From NCBI GenBank assembly GCA_964016885.1, contig OZ024743.1, positions 223,200,001 to 223,264,000 of the forward strand: a stretch of 64,000 nucleotides of DNA, written 5' to 3'. Positions 46,330-58,300 of the stretch are shown here, piece after piece. A model generated the notes under the pieces. The model was not told the origin of the DNA. It searched no databases and saw nothing but the letters and a program-made list of their open reading frames with translations. Origin of the DNA: Eledone cirrhosa. Lineage: Eukaryota. Both the position numbers and the translations under genes were made by a program. The number at the start of each line of letters is the position of its first letter. Positions within the stretch are counted from its first letter, which is position 1.

Positions 46330-49300
46330 ATATAGAAATGGCTTATACAGGACTAGAACTGTTTCATTCGAAGGAAATCATCAAGAAAGCCGATTGTCAT
46401 TGTTTTTTCAGAGAATCCCTCTTCTTAAAATCCCTCGGCGAATGACTTCCACCATCCCAATCACCACCTTCCCCTACCACCAAAAAACGTATAAATACTA
46501 CCATATCGCATTGACAGTCAGCTTTCCTGATGATTTCCTTCGAATCAAACAGTTCTAGTCTTGTAGAAGCCATTTATACTCTATGTATTGAGTATCCTAC
46601 TTACTGTGGTTACCCTTGATTGAACCTGGGATACACATTCACACACACATATATATAAAAGATATTTACTTACACACTTTGTTATGCTCGTTCTGTACAG
46701 GGCTAACATGTTCTGATCGTTCAAGAGTTATGGTTGATGATATTGGTTTATCTGTTGTTGGCAAAACAGGGTGATTTAGTGAAACTGGTGTTGTCTTCAT
46801 TAATCTACTGCTGCCATTGTTAGAATCTAAGGTGAGGTTCAGCATTAACTTGTCTGTTAGATTCAACTTCTGCAATATAAGACACAATATTCAAAATGCT
46901 ATCTTTATTATTCTCACCTCCACTACCATCTCAAGCAAACTAAGCACCACCATAATAATTATGTTCACCATTCTTACCACTACCTCCAACCTACCACCTA
47001 TAGCAACCTACCTGAAACTGTCTATAGTTTTATAATACAAAACCTCTAATTATAAAAAGTTCATATTTAAATTCAGAAATATTAAGTAAGAATCTTTTGT
47101 TAAGATATATTCTTCACATCACCTTCATAATGAAAACGTCAGTTATATTACTAAATTCTTCCAAATTCTTGCTTGTTTTCAAAATTCTTTGGAACACATG
47201 GATAGTGCATTTTATTAAAAATGTGGTAATGAATGGGTTAAAGCAGTCATGGGCAAACTGTGGCCCACAAGCCACATGTGGTCTGTTTGGCTTTCTGAAT
47301 GCACACCTAATGTCAAAATTGCCTTGAATTTTTTAGTAGTGCGGCCCACCATATGATGAACTAGATCCTATGTGGCCCACTGCTCAAAAAAGGTTGCCCA
47401 TGCCGGGTTTAAAGCAAGGGCCCCCAAAGTGATCAATATTGATCTCCAGTGATCAATGGGTCTACTGAGAAGATCAATTGAACTTTTGGACCAAAACCTG
47501 ATATTTGTGTAAGAATTGAACATATTTAAAATAATACAATAAAATACACCTTGCTTATACAGGTTTCTGATTGCTATATAATTAGTCTTTATTAGAAGTA
47601 GTTGACTGTTGGGTGATCTAATTAGCAGCAGAAGAGGATACTCTGAGAGCATAACAGCTAGAATAAGAATAGGATGGAAGAAGTTTAGAGAGCTACTCTG
47701 ACTTCGAACATATTTAAAATAATTCAATAAAATACAATACAACATTGCTTAAACAAGTTGCTGATTGATATATAATTACTCTTTATTGTCTATTATATAT
47801 TCTGTTTACTGATTGATTTGCTTACTTATGTATATTTGTACATGCCCAGGGATCAATGGCAGGATTCAAGGATTGCATGAAAGGTTATTGGTCTAAAAAG
47901 TTTGGGATTCCCTGTCTTTAAGCATCTAATGTAATGATCTATTTATGGTCTTAGCAGCTTGCTCCATTATCCAATGACATACATAATAATATTTGCTGCC
48001 TCTAATGTAATGATCTATTATCTTAGCAGCTATCTGTATTATCCAATGATGTACAATATTTGCTGCCCCTAAAGAGTATAGTACTAAGACAAGAACACAT
48101 CACAAGGTAAGACACATACGAGGGGGATCAAAAAGTTTGCGGAATTTTATCGTAGTAAGAAAAAAATAGATTAAAACAATATTAAACATGTCAGAACATT
48201 GTCACTGGGTGTTTACCTTGCTATTAGTCACTTGCAGTCAGTTATGCGTGGACTATTGTACAGTACTGACACTCTTTAAAAAACCTCTTTTTGGAACAAT
48301 GGAAAATAATTATTTTGAGATAAGATCGAATATCAAGTTTCTGGTGAAACTCAAATGGAAAGCGACACAGATTATGGAGGCTTCAGTTAAAGTTTACGGT
48401 ACTACTGCTCCAAAGTAAACTGCTGTCTACAAGTGGATTCAGCGATTCAAACAAGGGAGAGACGACCTTGAAGACGACCATCACAGTGGAAGACTAGGAA
48501 CATCAAAACATGACCAAAACGTTGAGGCTGCTCAGACTTTAATTGAAGAAGATCAAAGAATAACAGTTAATCAGTTAGCTAAGTCCCTAGACATTTCATA
48601 TGGCTCGGCAAATTCAATTCTGCACGATAATTTGGGACTAAGCAAGCTTTCAGCGCGATGGGTCCCAAAAGCGTTGCGCCCTGATCAGCTGATTCTTCGA
48701 AGTGATCTGTCTTTGGCGATATTAAACAAAATTGAAGTTGATGAAGAGCATTTCCTGACCAGAATCATCACCGGAGATGAAACTTGGATCTACCAGTATG
48801 ATGCTGAATCCAAACAGCAGTCAAAACAGTGGCTTCCACGTGGATCATCGGGGCCAATCAAGTTCAAATCTCAAAAGTCGGATCAAAAAGTGATGGCCAC
48901 CATTTTCTGGGATTCAGATGGGGTGATACTAATAGATTATCTTGAAGGTCAAAGAACTGTGACAGGAGCTTACTATGTAAATGTTTTAAGGAAGCTGAAA
49001 GAGGCATTAGTCAAGAAACGAAAAGGGAAACTTAATGGTGGGATCTTGTTTCACCATGACAATGCACCAGCGCATTCTGCGTGGGTTGCAAAAGAAGTTC
49101 TTCGAGAATTTCGATGGGAAGTGCTTCCTCACCTGCCTTATAGTTCAGATTTAGCCCCATCAGACTTTTTCCTCTTTCCAAAACTCAAAGAAATGCTAAA
49201 AGAAACCCGTTTTAGTGGTGTTGAAGAAGCTAAAAACACTGCCAACACATGGCTTCGAACAAGGCTTTAAACTTTCTTTAGAGACGGATTACGAAGCTGG

Positions 49301-52300
49301 AAGCATCGCCTTGTCAAGTGTATTGACTTGGATGGCAACTATGTAGAAAAATAAATTGAAGGCAAATCATATTTTTTGAAAAATTCCGTGAACTTTTTGA
49401 TCCCCCCTCGTATATCACAGTGGACCAGGGAAAACCTGTCAGAGGCGGTGTGAGCTGATCTTGAATTGCTCGCTCAGACTCAGGGAGGAGATGACGAGGG
49501 AGCGTGGTGATTGGAGAGATGTTATGCTGAAAAGGACCTGCCCAACCTATGCAAGCATGGAAAAACCTACATAAAAATGGTAATGATGATAATGATGAGT
49601 CATACACATACATGCTCATATACTCACACACTAACAAATATACACACACAGACACAGATACATACACACATGTGACAAGATGAAGTGGCAACTACAAAGA
49701 TATTTGCTGTATGGAATCTTATACTCACACTGCTTCCTTGTTATAATGGGTTTTTTTTTTGTTTTACTTTTTTAAACCAAGAAAACTAAAAGTGTATGGT
49801 TATCGTCACATAAAGACAAGACACGGATAATGCCTGGATTTCTTAATGTTTTAAACATACAACTCTTGATGTCCTACTTATACAAACACGACAACTACAG
49901 GAGAAGTACCTAGCTAAAAGTAAACCCCTATACTTAGCTTTTGTCGACTTGGAGAAAGCCTTTGACAGAGTCGCCCGTTCCATTATCTGGTGGGCTCTTA
50001 GAAAACTTGGTGTTGATGAATGGCTTGTGAGAGCTATACAAGCCATGTATAAAGAAACAGTCAGCAAGGTTAGAATTAACAACGAATATAGTGAAGAGTT
50101 TAGCGTAAAAGTTGGTGTTCATCAGGGCTCCGTTCTTAGCCCCCTACTATTTATTATTGCCCTTCAGGCTATAACAGTGGAGTTCAAGACCGGCTGCCCA
50201 TGGGAACTCCTATACGCAGATGATCTAACGCTCATAGCTGAATCAATGGCTGAACTAGAGAAGAAATTCCAAACATGGAAGCATGGCCTAGAATCAAAGG
50301 CCTTAAAATTAACCTGTCTAAGACTAAAGTTCTAGTTTGTAGGAAGAAAAATAGGGCACCGGTCCCATCCGGGAAATGGCCATGCTCAGTGTGTAGGAAA
50401 GGAGTAGGCAGAAACTCCATTTTATGTCCCAAATGCAAAGTATGGGTGTATAAAAGATGTAGTGGGATCACAGGTAAGCTAACTAAGAATATAGATTTTA
50501 TATGTGGCCGGTGCTCTGGTGCAATAAGTAGCAGCAAGTGCCCACAAAATACTAGCTCATTCCATTGCACAGATGGTTCTATAGAAATAGTGGACACCTT
50601 CCATTACTTGGGTGACAAAATTAGCAGTGGTGGAGGGTGCTCTGAAAGTACAGTAGCTAGAGTCAGAACTGGATGGAAAAAGTTCAGAGAGCTTATACCA
50701 CTATTAGCCGCTAAAGGGTTCTCTCTAAAAATGAAAGGCAGGCTGTATGATGCCTGCATACGAACAGCAATGTTACATCGCAGTGAGACCTGGGCATTGT
50801 GTGCAGAGGATATATGCAGACTGGAGAGGAACGAAGCTTACATGCTCCGCTGGATGTGTAATAGTAATATACATGAACGGCAAAGCATAAACGAACTAAG
50901 AGAAAAATTAGAAATAAGAGGGATCAGATGTTGTTTACTCGAGAGAAGACTACGTTGGTACGGTCACGTGATGCGCATGAAAGACGACAGCTGTATAAAA
51001 AAGTGCAGGGCAATAAAAATAGACGGTAGCCACGGAGTAGGCAGACCCAGAAAAACCTGGGACAACTTGATAAATTCCGACCTCACACACTTACACCTCT
51101 CCAAGACAATGTCACTGGACCGAGATCTTTGGCGCTACACAGTAATACAGAAGTCCCGCCTTACCTAAGTACAAAGTGAAACCTACCACAGTCAGTAGGC
51201 ACCTCTAACAAAAATACTCCCCCGTCCCACTAACCCCACCCCATCCACACCACCCCTTTCAATGTAAAGTTATGTTGGTACCACAACATCCAGTCTGAAA
51301 CAAATGAGGTCGTGTAGGTGTCACGACAAAAAAACACACAGTCCACGCTGTAATGTGGCCGTGTAGGTAACACGGTAAAAACCTCCCAGTCCACACTGTA
51401 AACGTGGTTGGTGTTAGGAAGGGCATCCAACTGTAGAAAACCCGCCAGACAGTCCTATGCGAGCAAGACAACTACTCTTGCCTCAAGTCATCCAAACCCA
51501 TGCAAGCGTGGAAGATAGACGTTAAACGATGATGATGATGATGATGAGGGGCTGGGGGCCATACTGGGACACCACCTCCGATGCTATACTATCTAAGCTA
51601 GCCTTCCCTGGTTGGCCATTGGTGCAATAGGGAGTTTATTGCTGCTGCTTTTATTTGTGCTTTGTCTCATGCTGTGGGTTAATCTGGGATCTTGGTTAGT
51701 AGAATGTCAAGATATCTCTTGAAAACATCTACATGCACACCATGTAGATCTCTCAGATTTTTTGGTAGCTTGTTAAAAAGCTGGGGTCCCTTGAACCCAA
51801 GGCTATATATATATAATTTTGTAAAATATATAATAAAATACAATGAATTTTCCCCTCTACTCTATGTATAGAGGTCTATCATGAGTTAATTTTTGTAACC
51901 TGTAAAATATATAGTAGGATATATCTTGCAACAACCACACTACATCATCATCATCAGCATCACCCTTTTATCTCTATTTTCCATAAAGTCATAGATTCCA
52001 TGCAAGCATGGATGAACAGATTTAACATGATGATGATTATATATATATACTAGCAGTAAAGCCCGGCGTTGCTCGGGGTCGCTCAGTAGCTGTGTTAAAG
52101 TTACAATGTTAAGTTTCTTTCTTGGCTTAAAAACTGTAGTGTCTACTGTGCAGACTTGCATGTGGTGTTTTTGATTAATATTCCCTCAACCAACAATATG
52201 CCTTATGAAGTTAAGAAAACATAACGATAACCCGAATGTTATAACAAAAGAGGATGCTGGGGATAGAAACTGCACTGGTTATTTATTAACAAAGATCGAA

Positions 52301-55300
52301 AATGTAAACACTGCAACGCAGAGAAAAACATTAGCGTAACCAAATTATCAGTTATGTCTGTCTGCACGCCTATATCACCTCTCTGCACGACTGTCTGTCT
52401 GCACGCCTATATCACCTCTCTGCACGACTGTCTGTCTGCACGCCTATATCACCTCTCTGCACGACTGTCTGTCTGCACGCCTAACGAAATTTACAGATAC
52501 ATATATTTTAAATAAACTTATATAATTTTTGCTTTTTTTTTTACGAAATATTTGCTTGTTTTACGTAGTCTTTAAATAGACTTGTTTTCAACTAAAAATA
52601 TTGTTTTAAAAGGCTTTTAATTTTGATTAATATTCCCTCAACCAACAATATGCCTTATGAAGTTAAGAAAACATAACGATAACCCGAATGTTATAACAAA
52701 AGAGGATGCTGGGGATAAAAACTGCACTGGTTATTTATTAACAAAGATCGAAAATGTAAACACTGCAACGCAGAGAAAAACATTAGCGTAACCAAATTAT
52801 CAGTTATGTCTGTCTGCACGCCTATATCACCTCTCTGCACGACTATCTGTCTGCACGCCTATATCACCTCTCTGCACGACTGTCTGTCTGCACGCCTATA
52901 TCACCTCTCTGCACGACTGTCTGTCTGCACGCCTATATCACCTCTCTGCACGACTGTCTGTCTGCACGCCTAACGACGAAATATTTGCTTGTTTTACGTA
53001 GTCTTTAAATAGACTTGTTTTCAAGTAAAAATATTGTTTTAAAATGCTTTTAAATGGAAATGAAGCAAAACGGAAGCTTAGTGTTCGAACTGATGAATTT
53101 TGCAGGTCAATATTTTGCTGGCTCGACAACTGTTAAAGCCAGCGTAATTTTTTACGTAAGACGCTCAATGTAAACAGAACAAAGGGAAATAACTGATAAC
53201 TTACGCTCAAAAATCGATACATTATATTCGATTTCGTCACATAGGGTGGGTCAATTTGAAATTTTTTTTTTCCGATGTCTTCGCTAGGGCTCAATGTACA
53301 AGTATAGCAATTTCGGTGCAATTCCGTGAGAGATTCTAAGAGGAGATGTGTGCCAAAAATCGATAGACAGACAGACAACCACAGTTTTATATATATAGAT
53401 GTATCAGGAAAATAAATAAAAAATAGAATAAGTAAACATTACAACAGGAGGAAACATAATAGTATCACTCATCATACATGATGTCCTAGCTGTGTGATAA
53501 AAGAACTTTGAGAGAGTATATATATATCATCATCATCATCATCATCATCATCAACGTTTAACGTCCGTGTTCCACGCTTGCATGGGTTTGGACGGGAGTA
53601 GTCCCACTTGAGGCAAGAGTGATTTTCTTGCTCGCATAGGACTGTCTGGCAGGTTTTCTACAGTTGGATGCCCTTCCTAACACCAACCACATTTACAGTG
53701 TGGGTCTGGGAGGTTTTTACCGTGTTGCCTACACGGCCACATTACAGCGTGGACTGTGTGTTTTTTTGTCGTGACACCTACACGATCTCATTTGTTTCGG
53801 CCTGGATGGCGCGGCACCAACATAACTTTACATAGAATGGGGTGGTGTGGATGGGGTGGTGGTGGTGGGACGGGGTGTATTTTGTTAGAGATGCCTACTG
53901 GCTGGAGTAGGTTTTACTATATATATATATATATATATATATAGTGAAAGATTGAAGAGTAGCATGGTCAGCTGTACAACAAGGGGCTTTATTTCAAGTA
54001 TTAACAATTGTTTCATTGATCAGGTGAGTCTAGAGGCTGCTAATCACTTGAAGTTGCGTCACTTGATCTCCAATACATTGTTTATCTCTGATCAAATCCT
54101 CAGAATACGAAAGAAATCACACATGGCATGTTATATATAGAGAAATAGCGTAGAATCAAAACAATAACAGCAATAATAAAATATAATGATAAATAGGTAA
54201 AGAAGTTACAGATGTAAAAAGTAAGAAAACAAAAAAAAAATATAAAGAAATAAAAATAAGTAAGAGCATATAAGTACAGAATATGATAGTTGATAATAGT
54301 GGTGGTGGTGAGTAAATATATGTATAAGGATGTGGGGGTGAATGTAGTGCTAACATGAAAAGCAATATTCGAAATATACATAGATACGTGTAGAGAATCT
54401 GAAGTAGTAACAAATGATAGATAAAAGAAAAAGTAATAAATTAGAAATTAAGTGGGAGATACTAGTATGAGACCTAAGGGCTAAGGATGGATGGTGAAGG
54501 GGGGTTTTGATATGTGTGTGTGTGGTATTGTCTTATCTTAATGGGGTTGATGTGGTTTCAGGGAGAGAGATTGAAAGAACTGTTAGGAGATTTATGACCA
54601 GTCAGTTAGTTGACAGCTAATAGCGGTGTGATGGTATGTATTCCATACGTTAAAATCCAGGTGGTTCAGTTCTAATTTTGGGATTGCTGGGTCGAATCAT
54701 GGTGGTTTGAAATTTGTGAACTTGGTAGCTGTTTTATGCCTACAGAAAATTGATCTTTCTATTTTGCTGTTCAGCAGCATCTTATCGTTCCTTAAAATAT
54801 GGAATAGCTCCATATTGCAAAGTCTGCAGGTTCTCCTTTGCGGTTTTGCATGTTGTTATGGGTGGGTTGAGATTTAGGCCTATTAATGTTTTGTTGTGAT
54901 GCGCCCTGATGTGTGTGTGGTTGTGATGTTGTTATGTGTTTGCGTTTTGTATTTGGTGCTATGGAGTATGTTGGTAGGTTATTTTCTTTATAGATTCTTT
55001 TGTGGTTGATTTTATGTATGTGTGATTCTATGCTGGCTGCAGTAGAGTAAGATAGTTTGATAGTTTTTCTGTTAAAGATTCTATGGTATTTGTGTAGTTT
55101 AGGGAAGTGTTTGTCAATTAGTTTGAAGAATGTAGAAGGTAGTTTGGTTTTTATAGAGGAGTTGAATATTGGATTGAACCATAAGTATTTCCTATCTCTG
55201 GATTTTCTATAGTTCCTAGGGGTCCTTATATTAGTATTCGGTTCAGTTATTTGGGGTGCTCGTTGTCTAATTCTATGTTTAGTTCAATGTTTGTTATTTC

Positions 55301-58300
55301 TATAGCTGTCATTAGGCTTGTTGCTACTGTCTCTATCTGGTATGTATTTGAGCCCCTCTTTATGTCCTGCCTTATGTAAAGCTATGTTATAATAGTTTGC
55401 GTGTTTGTTAAAAGTCTCTAGGTCAGAAGATAGGTGGGATATTCTGAGGGAGATACTATGTGCTATGGAGTTAATTATGAATCGAGGTTGGTTTGAGTTA
55501 TAACTAATGTAGGCTAGATTCTCGTTATTTTTATGGAAGGGCTTTATTAATCCTGTGTTTAGGTTGAGTGTTACATCTAAGAAGTTTGCTTTTTTAGAGT
55601 TAAGTTCGAAAGTGATACCTAGGCCTAGTTTGTTGAAGAAGACTCTGATGTTTTTCCGTAATTTTTCCATGTTTTGATTATTTAAGTTCTTAGCTAAAAG
55701 GAATGTGTCGTCTCTATAAATTCCTCCTTGGAGGTTGTTAAATTCCTTTTGTAAGTTGTGTGCTATATATATATTCCCAATATGTCTGTTACCTGCGCTG
55801 AGTCGCTAGATCCCATTGTGATATCGAAGCTATTCTGTCTGTTTTTTCGTTCCCAGTAACTATTTTCGAATCTAATGATAGTTCTCCTAGCAGCTAGTAT
55901 TATTTTAATTTCATCAGAGGTTAGGTCCGAGTTTTTCTGGGCAAAGGCAAGCGCTTTATCTAGGGTTATTGGGGAGATGAAGGAGTAGTAGTCATTAATG
56001 TCAAACTGTACGAAGTTGGATGTTTCCCTACTGTCTATTTTGCTGAACCTTCTATTGCTTCGTTAGTGTTACCCCATAGCTTAATTATTAGTTTGTCCTT
56101 GATTTGTGCTATTACTCTATCTAGTATATACTTGCTAATTCTACCTATATCCGACTTTGATGGGCATATTAATCTAATTGTGGGGTCTGTTTTGAAATTA
56201 TTTTTGTGATCCTTTAGGTTAAATGTGGGGTTACAAGGGATTAGAGGCTCGGTTCTATCAGATATAATATCAACTATGGTATTCTGTACTTGTATGCTCT
56301 TACTTATTTTTATTTCTTTATATTTTTTTTTATTTTCTTACTTTTTACATCTGTAACTTCTTTACCTATTTATCATTATATTTTATTATTGCTGTTATTG
56401 TTTTGATTCTACGCTATTTCTCTATATATAACATGCCATGTGTGATTTCTTTTGTATTCTGAGGATTTGATCAGAGGTAAACAATGTATTGGAGATCAAG
56501 TGACACAACTTCAAGTGATTAGCAGCCTCTAGACTCACCTGATCATTGAAACAATTGTTAATGCTTGAAATAAAGCCCCTTGTTGTACAGCCAACCATAT
56601 TACTCTTCAATCTTTCACTATTATTACTCCAAGTATGACCTGCATAGGAATTCTCGCGAACTCGCTACCTAACTATGGAAACATCTTGTTGAATCAAACA
56701 AAGCCGTACATTAAAACTATCCATGACACAGAGTACTCACAACCTCTAACTGGATTACCTATAACAATAACTTGTTATCCCATATATATATATATATATA
56801 TTTTTTTTAACTGTTGGTCAATCAATGATAAACATTGATTGCCAGCTAAATTTACTATAGGCTTATAAAATATACAGAAACGAAAACCAACCCAAACCAA
56901 ACAGTGAGTGTGTTTTATTATATATTTCTGGCAATATTATAACAATATGACCCTCCCCAAATACAACAATCATCATCATCACCGTTTTACGTCCGTTCTT
57001 CCACACTAGCATGAGTTAGACGGGTTGTCCTGTTGTGGGTAGTGTCTGGTCGGCTGACCATGCCTTGCTCATACAGGAACTGATTTGGCTTGATTTCTAC
57101 AGCTGGATGCCCTTCCTAACACGAACCTCATTTACAGTGAGTGCTGGGTGCTTTTTTGTGGCACCTACACGTCCACTTTACAGTGTGGGCTGGGTGCTTT
57201 TTTGCTGTGGCACCTCCACGACCACCTTGTCTATATGCTTCAGCTTGTACCCATGGGAGGTCGGGTACTCTGTATTACTGCATGACGCCAGAGGTCACGG
57301 TCGTGTGTCATCGCCTTTGAGAGGTGTAATTGGGTAAGGTCGGCTTTTATCACCTCATCCCAGGTCATCTTGGGTCTCCCCACTCCGCGGTTTCCATCGA
57401 CTTCTAGTGCTCTGCACCTTTTTATGTAGCTGTCATCCTTCATACGCATCACATGTCCATACCAATGCAACCGCCTCTCCTGCACACAGCATTTGATTCC
57501 TTTTATGCTCAGTCTCTCTCTCAATTCATTTATGCTTTGTCGTTCACGTATATTACTATTACACATCCATCGGAGCATGCAGGCTTCGTTTCTCTCTAAT
57601 CTACGTAAGTCTTCGACCTTCAGTGCCCAGGTCTCACTACCATGTAACATTGCTGTTCGGATACACGCATCATACAGTCTGCCTTTCATTTTGAGGGAGA
57701 AGCCTTTATTTATATATATATATATATATAATATTAATAAATACAAAGACCAAAATCTGAAGATCTAGGGGGTGGGGTGGGGGACTTATCTGGTGATGGG
57801 TGGGGTATAGGGACATGGGTGGAGAGTGGGGTATTAGGATGTGGGTGGAGTATTTATATATATATATATATACACACACACATACAAGTGATTGACAGTA
57901 CAGCGTCTTGTCAATTGTCTTGTGTAATGTTTCTTTTACTAAAAGTAATGAAACTTGAGAGAACAAAAGTGTAATATATGCAGGCACACACAATCAATCA
58001 GCAAATAAATGTAAATGAATTCACATAAAACTTTTGATTATATACACTGTTATTTGAGATTTGAGATGTACTGTTTGATTAGGGAAGATACAGTGTTGAC
58101 TCAGACATTCACTATAAATATTTATTAATACTTGTTTGGCAAGTGACTTGATTTGATGTCTTGTATTGAAACTAAAGTAATTACAGCATGGAAGAATAAC
58201 TTTAACCCTTTAGCATTTAAACCGGCCGTATCTGGCCAGAATTCTGTCACCTCTTTCTGTTCAAACTAGCTGTAACTCTGCTTATACTGATGTTAAGATA

